DNA from: Octopus sinensis | Lineage: Eukaryota | DNA: 64,000 nucleotides | Direction: 5' to 3' | NCBI RefSeq assembly: GCF_006345805.1 | Contig: NC_043015.1 | Coordinates: forward strand, 15,500,001-15,564,000 | Shown here: positions 38,800 through 50,677 of the stretch, piece after piece | How the letters are laid out: each line of letters opens with the position of its first letter | How positions within the stretch are numbered: position 1 is the first letter of the stretch | Notes under the pieces: generated by a model | What the model was told of the DNA's origin: nothing | What the model saw: the letters and a program-made list of their open reading frames with translations, nothing else | Database searches by the model: none | Translations under genes and position numbers: made by a program

Positions 38800-39130
38800 T
38801 GTACATATCTACTAAATACCAGTTGAACACTGGAGTTGATTTAATCAACTTAGACCCTCTCCAAAATATGCTGGCCTTATACCAAAATTTGAAACCATTA
38901 TTACTATAATTAAGGCATAAGGCCTGAAATTTGTGGTAGGGGGATAGACAATCACATTGACTCCTGTACTTGACTGGTACTTAATTTATCAACTCTGAAA
39001 GGATGAAAGGTGAGGTCAACTTTGCCTTTCATCCTTTTGAGGTCAATAAATTAAGTACCAGTGAAACACTTGGGTTGATATAATCGACTAGTCCCCTCCC
39101 CCAAATTTCAGGCCTTCTGCCTATAGTAGA
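38800..39130. mobile_element. Cluster of SINE family B 3' halves including a fold-back pair (38919-39116)
   Basis: AAGGCCTGAAATTTG...GAAAGGATGAAAGG, 14-nt loop, CCTTTCATCCTTT...CAAATTTCAGGCCTT. Confidence 0.85.
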
Positions 39131-39147
39131 AGTAATTATTATTATTA

Positions 39148-39530
39148 CTAGGACATGACCCGTCAATAAGGTAAAAACAATGCTATGATTAGAATAACAT
39201 TTCAATTTAATTCAACTATTGTTTGAGAAATATACAAAAGATATAATCGGATAATATATTTACATATTCTTATTTATGCAAATACTTAAAGGTTAAAATT
39301 AACCTCTAAATCTTCATAGACATGGTTGACCAAATCCTCCTTGCTGTTCACTTGAAATTGCTGAGGAATCACTATTACATCATCATATAATTGTCTTTGA
39401 ATGTTGGGGATTCTTCCATCACCAATTTGCAATAACCAAACAGAATGATACGCCAGTTGAGCTTGAGAGGTGGTTTCATTATTGCTGAAACAGTTTTGCA
39501 CTCTCATATTAGTGGTGAGATGAAGAAACA
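39148..39530 (-). mobile_element. Helitron helicase fragment with Helitron-like 3' terminus
   Basis: HLTTNMRV...WLLQIGDG...IVIPQQ...LVNHVYED (PIF1-like RepHel motifs); ends GACGGGTCATGTCCTAG|T. Confidence 0.8.
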
Positions 39531-39594
39531 CATGATACATGGATGGACGCTCTTCCTCAATATCTCTTTCTTTCATTCTTTTTTTCTTTCTTTC

Positions 39595-39770
39595 TTTCTT
39601 TAAACCATTGACATACAGTGTGCTCATCTTCACCAAACACCTCATTGGGGTTTCGAGCTGTCTGGGATGCATTGGTTCCATGATGGAACTCATATTCATA
39701 AACAACACAAATTTTTTATCTATCCATGGGTTCATGAAAATATATTTACAAGGGAAAACTCACAATATAA
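39595..39770 (-). mobile_element. Mariner transposase N-terminal fragment
   Basis: ICVVYEYEFHHGTNASQTARNPNEVFGED..TVCQWFKE, similar to the N-terminus encoded near 61590. Confidence 0.7.
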
Positions 39771-39933
39771 TCAGACACCATGAATTACATTTTTGAAAGT
39801 GATGATGTAACTCTTCAATGTTGTAAGACAAAAACTTGTCAGGATAAAACATTAGAGTTAATGATTGCCAAACTTGGTGCATGAGAAAATCAGACATTTC
39901 ATTCTTAATGGAAAGGAATTTTCATATTATTAA

Positions 39934-40146
39934 GGTCGTGAGTTGGCAGCATTGTTAGCATGCTGGGCAAAATGTTTAGTGATATTTTGTCTGTCTTCAC
40001 ATTCTGAGTTCAAATTCTATCAAGTCTGACTTTACCTTTCATCCTTTTAGGGTCAACAAATTAAGTACCAGTGAAATACTGGGGTCAATGTAATTGACTG
40101 GTCTCCTCCCGCAAAATTTCAGGTTTTGTGCTTTCAGTAGAGAAGG

Positions 40147-40189
<43 letters not shown>

Positions 40190-40375
40190 GGCAGCAAGCT
40201 GGCAGAATCATTAGAATGTCCACAAAATACTTAGTGACAGTTCATTTAACTTTATGTCCTGAGTTCAACTTTGCCTTTTATCCTTTCATAGTTGATACAA
40301 TAAGTGCCAGCTGAGCACCGAGGGTGATGTAATTGACTAAGCCCTTCCCCCAAAATTTTAGGTGTTGTGATTGTA
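39934..40375 (+). mobile_element. Two SINE family B copies head-to-tail via (ATT)n
   Basis: Second head starts directly after the (ATT)n tail at about 40190. Confidence 0.85.
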
Positions 40376-40819
40376 ATAGAAAAGATTATTATTATTAACA
40401 ACATTATATTTGACTCTTTCATTTTGAAGATGGTTCTGCTTCTCACTTTAAAGCATTTTATTCAAGCATTACCAAATGAAATTTTCTTTGCAGTAATTAT
40501 AAAAAAAACTACATATCCTTGAAAAACTATAAATATCTTGATACAGGAAGGTAGGCAACAGCAATGAGAGGCTTGTTTCACAAACTTTTAAAATTATATT
40601 TCCATACAATACTTTTCACTTACAAAATAGCTACCAGAAGCAAGTATGCCACACAACAAAACACAACAATGTCTAAGATATACATATTGGTACTACTTCT
40701 TATATTCTTTGGTAGATATTTCAACAGAAATTGCAGTACACTGTATCATACAAGACAAACAAAATATTGTAAAGGATTTTGTCTGGCATGCTAATGTTTC
40801 TGCAGCTTTCCACTTTAAT

Positions 40820-42897
40820 CATCATCATCATCATCGTCGTTTAGCGTCCGTTTTCCATGCTAGCATGGGTTGGACGGTTCTACTGGGGTCTGTGAAGCCA
40901 GAAGGCTTCATCAGGCCCAGTCAAATCTGGCAGTGTTTCTACGGCTGGATGCCCTTCCTAACGCCAACCACTCCGTGAGTGTAGTGGGTGCTTTTTACGT
41001 GCCACCCGCACAGGTGCCAGACAGAGCTGGCAAACGGCCACGAACGGATGGTGCTTTTTATGTGCCACCAGCACAAGGGCCAGGCGAGGCTGGCAACGGA
41101 CACGAAACAGGGCGGTGCTGGCAACGGTCGCGAAACGGAAGGTTCTCTTACATGCCACCGGCACTGGTAACACATCTGCAATTTCCATTGATCGATTTCC
41201 ATTCTGATCCTCACTTGCCTCAACGGGTCTTCACAAGTAGAGTTTTGACATGCCACCGGCACTGGTAACACATCTGCAATTTCCATTGATCGATTTCCAT
41301 TCTGATCCTCACTTGCCTCAACGGGTCTTCACAAGTAGAGTATCGACATGCCACCGGCACTGGTAACACATCTGCAATTTCCATTGATCGATTTCGATTC
41401 TGATCCTCACTTGCCTCAACAGGTCTTCACAAGTAGAGTTTTGTGTCCCAAGAAGGGAAGGTATGCATACGTAGGCTGGCTCCATCCCAAGTAGAAGGCC
41501 ACGGGTTATGAACTCACTTGTCCTGCCGGGTCTTCTCGCGCACAGCACACTTCCAGAGGACTCGGTCTCTAGTCGTTTCCTCAGTGAGACCTAAAGTTCG
41601 AAGGTCGTGCTTCACCACCTCGTCCCAGGTTTTCCTGGGTCTGCCTCTTCCACAGGTTCCCTCAACCGCTAGGGTGTGGCACTTTTTCACACAACTATCT
41701 TCATCCATTCTCGCCACATGAACATACCAGCGCAAACGTTTCTCTTGCACACCACAACTGATGCTTCTTAGGTCCAGCTTTTCTCTCAAGGTACTTACAC
41801 TCTGTCGATTATGAACACTGACATTACACATCCATCGGAGCATACTGGCTTCATTTCTTGCGAGCTTACGCATATCCTCAGCAGTCACGGCCCATGTTTC
41901 ACTGCCATGTAGCATGGCTGTTCGTACACACACATCATACAGTCTGCCTTTCACTCTGTGCGAGAGGCCTTTTGTCACCAGCAGAGGTAAGAGCTCTCTG
42001 AACTTTGCCCAAGCTATTCTTACTCTAGCAGTTACACTTTCAGCACACCCGCCCCCGCTGCTGACTTGGTCACCTAGGTAACGGAAACTATCAACTATTT
42101 CTAGTTTTTCTCCCTGGAAAGTGACTGAAGTTGGTCTCAGAGCATTTTCAGTGTTTATTGTTCCTGAGCATCTGCCACATACAAAAACCATCTTCCTAGT
42201 TAGCCTTCCTTTGACATTGCTGCACCTCTTATGTGTCCATAGCTTACACTTGGTGCATCTTATAGAGTTTCTACCTACACCTTTTCTACAGATCGAGCAG
42301 GGCCATCTACCTGAAGGCATTTGTGATTTGTCTACCTTCCTACTGATTACGACTTTGGTTTTAGCTAGATTGACTCTGAGGCCCTTCGATTCTAATCCTT
42401 GTTTCCACACCTGAAACTTCTCCTCCAGTTCTGATAGCGACTCAGCAATTAGAGCAAGGTCATCAGCATAGAGGAGCTCCCAGGGCATCCTGTCTTGAAT
42501 TCCTCCGTTATTGCCTGGAGGACTATGATAAATAGGAGGGGGCTGAGTACTGAGCCTTGATGGACCCCTACCTCTACCCGGAATTCTTCACTGTACTCGT
42601 TTCCAACCCTCACCCTACTAGCAGCGTCCCTATACATGGCCCGCACAGCTCTCACTAACCATTCATCTATCCCTAGTTTCCTCATTGCCCACCAGATAAG
42701 GGATCGAGGGACCCTGTCGAAGGCTTTCTCCATGTCAACAAAAGCCAGGTACAGGGGCTTATCTTTGGCTAGGTATTTCTCCTGCAGCTGCCTTACCAGG
42801 AATATAGCATCAGTAGTACTTTTCCCTGGCACAAACCCAAACTGCATCTCATCTAAACTAACTCTCTCTCTAATTACTTGGGCTATGACCCTCATAA
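40820..42897 (-). mobile_element. RTE-clade LINE, 5' truncated, young; RT with one frameshift
   Basis: ORFs 42449..42895 and 41514..42488: QFGFVPGKSTTDAIF, FVDMEKAFDRVP, GVHQGSVLSPLLF, LLYADDL, FRYLG, LRWYVHVARM; (GAT)n tail. Confidence 0.96.
41152..41430. repeat. Three tandem ~95-bp units in the RTE 3' UTR
   Basis: TGCCACCGGCACTGGTAACACATCTGC...CTTCACAAGTAGAGT at about 41152, 41249 and 41349. Confidence 0.93.
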
Positions 42898-43290
42898 TAA
42901 ATGTCCCTTAGTGGCTGACAATATGTGCATCTCTGATCATGAGCAGAAGTAGTGGGGGAGCATCATAGCCATGTGTTGAGAGGGATTCTTTGGGGTTTGA
43001 ATAATTCACCTCTGGAAACATGGGTTGTTCTTTCAACATCCTTAAACAACCCTTATTCAGGGACCTTTTGAGCAGGATGGGCTACTCAACCTGAAGAAAA
43101 TTCTAACTGGGCCCCACCTGCAAGGTCATGTGCTGTTTATCTTGATATGAGATCACCATGTCGCGCACATATTGTTGTGATGCATGTGCCTGGTGTACCC
43201 TTATCAGACGGGTAGTCATGATGGGTATATTGGGCTTCGTATATTTTACCCCAGTGTCACTTTGATGGCATGAACTGCTCTCTCACTCAA
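42898..43290 (+). mobile_element. Non-coding retroelement 3' end or SINE ending in (TAA)n
   Basis: GC-richer ~390 bp ending CTCTCTCACTC(AAT)n; no ORF; family unassigned. Confidence 0.55.
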
Positions 43291-43313
43291 TAATAATAAT
43301 AATGATAATGATG

Positions 43314-43362
<49 letters not shown>

Positions 43363-43363
<1 letters not shown>

Positions 43364-44687
43364 TAGCTGTCCCATTTATAAGTTACAGCTACAATATCCT
43401 TAACTGGACACTAAACGAACCAACCAAAATAGATAGGAAAACAAGAAAAATAATGACAGGATCTAGGATGCATCACCCAAAATCTGACATAGAAAGGCTA
43501 TATATACAACGTATAGAAGGTGGTAGAGGCCTTAAACAGCTGGAAAACTATTATGAAATAACCACCATAGGACTGCAAAAATATCTACTTCAGAAGGAAG
43601 GAAAACTGATACAAATAGTAGCAAAATAAGAGCAAAACAAAAAACTGTTCTCAGTATTTAAGGAAGCTGACAAATACAAACAAGAAATCATACCACCTAA
43701 CAAATATGAAGAAGAAGAAGAAGAAGAAGAAGAAGAAGAAGAAGAAGAAGAAGAAGAAGAAACAAAAGCTATAAAACAAATGAAATCCAAACTAAAACTA
43801 GAACAGCAACGGACCATGATAAAACGATGGCAAGAAAAGCCCCTTCATGGCAAATACTGGACTAAACTAAATGCAAAAGAAATAGACATAGAAAAATCCC
43901 AGCAATGGTTGAGAAGCTCAGGACTCAAAGCAGAGGCAGAGGGATTTTTAATTGCAGCACAAGACCAAAGCCAACCCACAAGAAATTACCAAAAACATGT
44001 AATGAAAAGAAATATAACAAGTAACTGCAGAATATGTGGAGATGGACAAGAAACAATAAATCATATTATCTCTGCAGCTGGCTAAGAAGGAATATATTCA
44101 CAGACACGACAGAGTTGGGACCTTCATACACTGGAAGCTATGACAACATTATGGAATAACAACAGAAAAAAGATGGTATAGGCACACCCCAGAAAAGGTC
44201 ACAGAAAACGAGAAAGCAACCATACTCTGGGATATGCCAATACACACACAAAGAGAAATTAGGGCCAACAGACCAGATATAGTTGTCAGAGATCCTGAAG
44301 AAAAAAAATGCTTTCTAATTGATGTATCAATACCAGCAGATGACAATGTGTCTCTAAAAGAAATGGAGAAACTTTCAAAATACAAAGACCTGGAAATGGA
44401 GGTAACTCGAATGTGGAATCTAAAAACAGAAACAATTCCTATCATAGTAGGTGCATTAGGCATGATAAAAAAATATTCAGACAAATACATAACGGAAACA
44501 CCAGGACTTACAAACACATATAACGTACAGAAAATTGCACTACTGGGCACTGCCCACATCCTACGCAAAACACTTTCAATACAGTAACCATCAGAGCATC
44601 ACAACAAAACACAGCACGTACCCAAGGCACACAGAGCTGCGCTCGGTAGTGAAGTGAAAGCACGATATAAAAAAACCCGCCACTGAA
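43363..44687 (+). mobile_element. R4/Dong-like element copy 1, 5' truncated, inactivated
   Basis: LHGKYW, CRICGDGQETINHIIS, RPDIVV..CFLIDVSIP; flanked by (TAA)n. Confidence 0.93.
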
Positions 44688-44725
44688 TGATAATAATAAT
44701 AATATAATAATAATAATAATAATAA

Positions 44726-46060
44726 TTAGCTGTCCCATTTATAAGTTACAGCTACAATATCCTTAACTGGACACTAAACGAACCAACCAAAATAGATAGG
44801 AAAACAAGAAAAATAATGACAGGATCTAGGATGCATCACCCAAAATCTGACATAGAAAGGCTATATATACAACGTATAGAAGGTGGTAGAGGCCTTAAAC
44901 AGCTGGAAAACTATTATGAAATAACCACCATAGGACTGCAAAAATATCTACTTCAGAAGGAAGGAAAACTGATACAAATAGTAGCAAAATAAGAGCAAAA
45001 CAAAAAACTGTTCTCAGTATTTAAGGAAGCTGACAAATACAAACAAGAATCATACCACCTAACAAATATGAAGAAGAAGAAGAAGAAGAAGAAGAAGAAG
45101 AAGAAGAAGAAGAAGAAGAAGAAGAAGAGAAGAAACAAAAGCTATAAAACAATGAAATCCAAACTAAAACTAGAACAGCAACGGACCATGATAAAACGAT
45201 GGCAAGAAAAGCCCCTTCATGGCAAATACTGGACTAAACTAAATGCAAAAGAAATAGACATAGAAAAATCCCAGCAATGGTTGAGAAGCTCAGGACTCAA
45301 AGCAGAGGCAGAGGGATTTTTAATTGCAGCACAAGACCAAAGCCAACCCACAAGAAATTACCAAAAACATGTAATGAAAAGAAATATAACAAGTAACTGC
45401 AGAATATGTGGAGATGGACAAGAAACAATAAATCATATTATCTCTGCAGCTGGCTAAGAAGGAATATATTCACAGACACGACAGAGTTGGGACCTTCATA
45501 CACTGGAAGCTATGACAACATTATGGAATAACAACAGAAAAAAGATGGTATAGGCACACCCCAGAAAAGGTCACAGAAAACGAGAAAGCAACCATACTCT
45601 GGGATATGCCAATACACACACAAAGAGAAATTAGGGCCAACAGACCAGATATAGTTGTCAGAGATCCTGAAGAAAAAAAATGCTTTCTAATTGATGTATC
45701 AATACCAGCAGATGACAATGTGTCTCTAAAAGAAATGGAGAAACTTTCAAAATACAAAGACCTGGAAATGGAGGTAACTCGAATGTGGAATCTAAAAACA
45801 GAAACAATTCCTATCATAGTAGGTGCATTAGGCATGATAAAAAAATATTCAGACAAATACATAACGGAAACACCAGGACTTACAAACACATATAACGTAC
45901 AGAAAATTGCACTACTGGGCACTGCCCACATCCTACGCAAAACACTTTCAATACAGTAACCATCAGAGCATCACAACAAAACACAGCACGTACCCAAGGC
46001 ACACAGAGCTGCGCTCGGTAGTGAAGTGAAAGCACGATATAAAAAAACCCGCCACTGAAT
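44726..46060 (+). mobile_element. R4/Dong-like element copy 2, tandem duplicate of copy 1
   Basis: Same truncation point and same lesions as copy 1. Confidence 0.93.
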
Positions 46061-46084
46061 GATAATAATAATAATAATAATAAT

Positions 46085-46506
46085 AGGATGGAAAAGTAAC
46101 ATTATTCTGGGACTATGATTTTTAGACAGATCGTATAATTGAACACCATCAGCCGGATATTGTCATATTGAGTAAGAGAGACAAATACATTGATGTAGCC
46201 ATACCAAATGACTTGAATGTAGTGAGTAAAGAGGTTGAAAAAAATCACCAAGTGCTCCGAATTGGAAGTGGAAATGGCAGTAAAAGCAATACTAATGGTG
46301 ATCAGAGCATTGGGCTCAATCCCATTGAAACTTCAAGACTTCTTATGGTTACTGAAAATCCCATGCAAGATTGATGTCTTGCAAAAAGCAGCCTTATTGG
46401 GCACAGCGCACATCTTAAGGAAAGTATTATCTGTCTGAGGTCCTTCTTGTGACTTGACAGATAACTAAAGACTCTGGTGCATTTTTACCTACACTGTGTT
46501 ATGAAG

Positions 46507-46508
<2 letters not shown>
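46085..46508 (+). mobile_element. Second R4/Dong family, short degenerate 3' fragment
   Basis: LFWDY...HQPDIVIL...YIDVAIPNDLNVVSKEVEK...LQKAALLGTAHILRKVLSV; flanked by (TAA)n. Confidence 0.82.
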
Positions 46509-46563
<55 letters not shown>

Positions 46564-46564
<1 letters not shown>

Positions 46565-47746
46565 CTGACATAGAAAGACTATATATACAATGTATAGAAG
46601 GTGGTAGAGGCCTTATACAGCTGGAAAACTACTATAAAATAACCACCATAGGACTGCAAAAATACCTACTTCAGAAGGAAGGAAAACTGATCCAGATAGC
46701 AGCAAAACACGAGCAAAACAAAAAACTGTTCTCAGTATTTAAGGAAGCTGACAAATACAAACAAGAAATCATACCACCTAATAAACACAAAGAAGAAGAA
46801 GAAGATGATGAAGAAACAACAAAAGCTATAAAACAAATGAAATCCAAACTAAAAATAGAACAGCAACGGACCATGATAAAACGATGGCAAGAAAATCCCC
46901 TTCATGGTAAATACTGCACTAAACTAAACGCAAAAGAAATAGACAAAGAAAAATCCCAGCAATGGTTGAGAAGCTCAGGACTCAAAGCAGAAACAGAGGG
47001 ATTTTTAATTGCAGCACAAGACCAAAGCCTCCCCACCAGAAATTACCAAAAACATGTAATGAAAAGAAATATTACAAGTAACTGCAGAATATGTGGAGAT
47101 GGACAAGAAACAATAAATCATATTATCTCTAGCTGCCCAGTCCTGGCTAAGAAGGAATATATTCACAGACATGACAGAGTTGGAACCTACATACATTGGA
47201 AGCTATGCCAACATTATGGAATAACAACAGAAAAAAGATGGTATAGGCACACACCAGAAAAGGTCACAGAAAACGAGAAAGCAACCATACTCTGGGATAT
47301 GCCGATACACACAGATAGAGAAATTAAGGCCAACAGACCAGATATAGTTGTCAGAGATCCTGAAGAAAAAAAATGCTTTCTAATTGATGTATCAATACCG
47401 GCAGATGACAACGTGTCTCTAAAAGAAATGGAGAAACTCTCAAAATACAAAGACCTGGAAATAGAGGTAACTAGAATGTGGAACCTGAAAACAGAAACAA
47501 TTCCTATCATAGTAGGTGCATTAGGCATGATAAAAAAATATTCAGACAAATACATAACAAAAACACCAGGACTTACAAACACATATAACATACAGAAAAT
47601 TGCACTACTAGGCACTGCACACATCCTATGCAGAACACTTTCCATACAATAACCATCAGAGCATCACAACAAATCACAGCACATACCCAAGGCACACAGA
47701 GCTGCGCTCGGTAGTGAAGTGAAAGCACGCTATAAAAATAAAACTA

Positions 47747-47750
<4 letters not shown>
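46564..47750 (+). mobile_element. R4/Dong-like element copy 3, open frame through CCHC finger and PD-(D/E)xK endonuclease
   Basis: Frame appears open from about 46564 to the stop at 47652; CRICGDGQETINHIISSC, RHD, RPDIVV, LIDVSIP, EKLSKY. Confidence 0.95.
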
Positions 47751-47815
<65 letters not shown>

Positions 47816-47816
<1 letters not shown>

Positions 47817-47910
47817 TCTTAATCTTATTTCGGCCAGAGTTCTTTTGTCACACTCCTGTGACAGCATCAGGAGTGTGACGAAAGAACTCTGGCCGAAATA
47901 AGATTAAGAT
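47816..47910. other. 43-bp inverted repeat with 9-nt loop and one T:G mismatch
   Basis: ATCTTAATCTTATTTCGGCCAGAGTTCTTTTGTCACACTCCTG-TGACAGCAT-CAGGAGTGTGACGAAAGAACTCTGGCCGAAATAAGATTAAGAT. Confidence 0.95.
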
Positions 47911-48329
47911 TAATGTAAAAAATAAATAACGCTGAAGCAAAGTAACACCAAATATATAGTGCGTGTTTTTATTGGATAAACTGGCAAAATGACCATTCCG
48001 AAATATAACAATATCTGTTTTAACACACGACTTCACATAAAAAATCTTGCACAACAAATATATAATAATAATAATAAAAACAATAATAATGATTTCTGAT
48101 TTAGACACAAGGCAAGCACTTTTGTGAGGACGGTTTAGTCAATTCCACCAACCCCAGTAATTGACTGGTATTTTATTTTAACAGTCATGAAAGATGCAGA
48201 GTAAGGTTGACTTTGATATGATTTGAACTTGGAACATAAAGGGTGAGTAATAGGTTTGTTATACACATTAAAGAAGTTGACAAATAAAAAAACAAAGATA
48301 ATATATCATTGTATTGAACTTGAAAACTT

Positions 48330-48600
48330 CTGAAAGTAGTTTGCTAAGTTTACCAGCTTATAACACACTTCTCTTTGATATATCTAAGAGTTCTAGTTCA
48401 GAATATTTATGAGTTTTTTTTGTTCTTTTCAAATTGCTATGTAACAATATTGTGATCTCCAGGTGTAGCAATGTCAATTATAAAACATTTGCGTCTTAGC
48501 CAACAGCCACAATATCAGATCTTTTGTGTTCTATGCCCCAGCTTGTTTGGATATAAAATCTCATGATATTTTTGCTCAATTATTTTCCAAGAACTGTTGG
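48330..48600 (-). mobile_element. Highly degenerate R4/Dong endonuclease fragment
   Basis: RSDIVAV...CFIIDIATPGDHNIV...KYSELEL. Confidence 0.65.
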
Positions 48601-48721
48601 CACATAATTCAACAGAAATTACTGTACACTGTGACATAAAATGTTTATGATCCTTCTAAGCTAGAGTTTTGTAGCCACTGACAAAAATAATTAAGTTCAA
48701 TGTTGACTTCTTTTTGGGAAA

Positions 48722-49480
48722 AAGGCAGTGAGCTGGCAGAATAGTTAGCATGCTAGGCAAAGTGCTTAGTGGCATTTCATTTGTTTATGTTCTGTGTTCA
48801 AATTCTGCCATGGTTGACTTTGTATTTCATCCTTTTGAGGTCGTTAAAATAAGTACCAGTTGAGCACTGGCGTTGATGTAATTGACTTATCTCCATTCCA
48901 GAATTGCTGGCCTTGTGCCAAAATTTGAAACTGATAGGAGTTAGGAAAACTCCACCACTTCATCACATTATATCATAGCACTATACATAGTATCTCAATT
49001 CTTTGTTTGGGATTTGTTATGGCACATGTTCGGATGACCTCTACTCAACTATACTCTACTACTCTGTTCTAGTATACTACTCTCTGTCGACGTCTAGGCT
49101 TCTCCTTCTATATCTAAGTATTGGGTTAGCCTACTTCATCATCTGGGGGCATCTACACAACATGATTAGAAGTTTATTTGATAGTCAAGGACTGTAATTG
49201 ACATTATAGTAAATGAGTAATTAGTTTCTTGTGTAATTCTGAGTCTCAATGATTACAGTAAGTTTTAAAGTGGTGACTTGGTAGAACCCTTAGCATGCCA
49301 GGTAAAATGCTTGGCAGCATTTCATCCGTCTTTTTGTTTTGAGTTCAAATTCTACTGGCGTTAACTTTGCCTTTTATCCTTTCAGGGTCAATAAAATAAG
49401 GATCAGTTGAACACTGGGGCCAATAATGTAATTGACTAAGCCCCTCCCCACAAAATTACTGCCTTTGTGCCAACCTTTAA
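48722..49480 (+). mobile_element. Two SINE family B copies (48722-48930; 49268-49480)
   Basis: Head, B-box and core motifs. Confidence 0.8.
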
Positions 49481-50532
49481 AACAAATAAATACTAAGGGT
49501 TTAGTTAACTTTAAAATCATCTTAGAATCAACACACTGTTAATATGATAGTGCCTTATCTTACTTTTCCTTTCTGTCATGAGTTAATCATACTTAATTAT
49601 GCTACCAAACAACAATAATATACTAAACTATGTGATATATCGATATATTGTACCAAATGAGGATAGCAAGACATAACAGACATTGCTTGTCAACTATCAT
49701 ATAGCTAGAATCCGGGCTGCCCAGTGTGGTTAGTAAGTTTGTCCTCCTACCACATGAAAAATACAGCATAATACATTTATTAAGTGCTACATTAAAAAAA
49801 TAAAAAATGTCAACCAGGTCTGACTACTGTCCTCACCTTTTTAGCTATGTTAGTGTCTCTCAGCCATTGTCTCCATCTTAGCTGTGACTCTTAATTTTAG
49901 ATATGATCAACTTATCATATTTCATAATGTGGATTTCTTATAAAACTACAAATCAGCAGGGGTTAGATAATGGCAGCTAAAGCAACCCAGTACTTGTCTA
50001 GGGTTTATCTTTATTTAATAAAATAAGCCTCCCACTAGAGAGGAAATGTCCTGTTGCCAACCACAGGCTCTAAACTCAGAACATAAAGAGATAAAACTAA
50101 ATACTTGAGGGCAATTTACTTAGTGCTCTCCTATTTCTGCTGTTCTACTATCTTTAACATTGCATTAGTGTAATTTTTTTTATTGAACCCAGAAGAAAGA
50201 AGTGGTAACATTTCAAATCCAGCAAAATCCAGCAAAATCTTTTAAGTATTGTTTTAAGCATTCACATAATATTTCTTAAAATTTGTAAGTGATAATTGAC
50301 TACAAATCATCTGTTAGCATAAAACATAATCAAGTTACAGTAGGCATAGCATATTCTGCCAGGCAATCACTCAGAATTAGCCAGATTCCATAACATAACT
50401 AGATGGTTCTCAGATAGGAGTTTTAGAACCAATTATTATATGTCTCAAATTAGCATGAACTTTATTGATATATCAGGAAATGTATATGAAAATATAAAGC
50501 AAACTTAATCTTTTTGTTTCCAAGGAAGATAG

Positions 50533-50677
50533 ATAAATTCCAATATTGGTAAGTTGCCAGAATTTGGCTGGACTGTTGATACTAAATCATGGGTTGATTT
50601 CTTGTTATCTTGGCAGCTATACTTTGAGAGATATCTACAAAAAGTGTCTGAAGAAGAATTGGCATTCAATTCAGAAG
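50533..50677 (+). CDS. Candidate orphan coding exon, product unknown
   Basis: INSNIGKLPEFGWTVDTKSWVDFLLSWQLYFERYLQKVSEEELAFNSE; donor AG|GTAAAA; weak acceptor. A frame of this length can occur by chance. Confidence 0.25.

Noticed and set aside
40895-40925. CTGATGAAGCCTTCTGGCT in the RTE 3' UTR (minus strand)
   Set aside because: A simple hairpin; no GAAA or cleavage triplet follows.
45068-45135. Poly-Lys N-terminus of ORF 45068..45457
   Set aside because: Out-of-frame reading of the expanded (GAA)n.
44149-47645. Minus-strand 139-143 aa ORFs (MRRMWAVPSS...)
   Set aside because: Antisense shadows of the Dong endonuclease frame.
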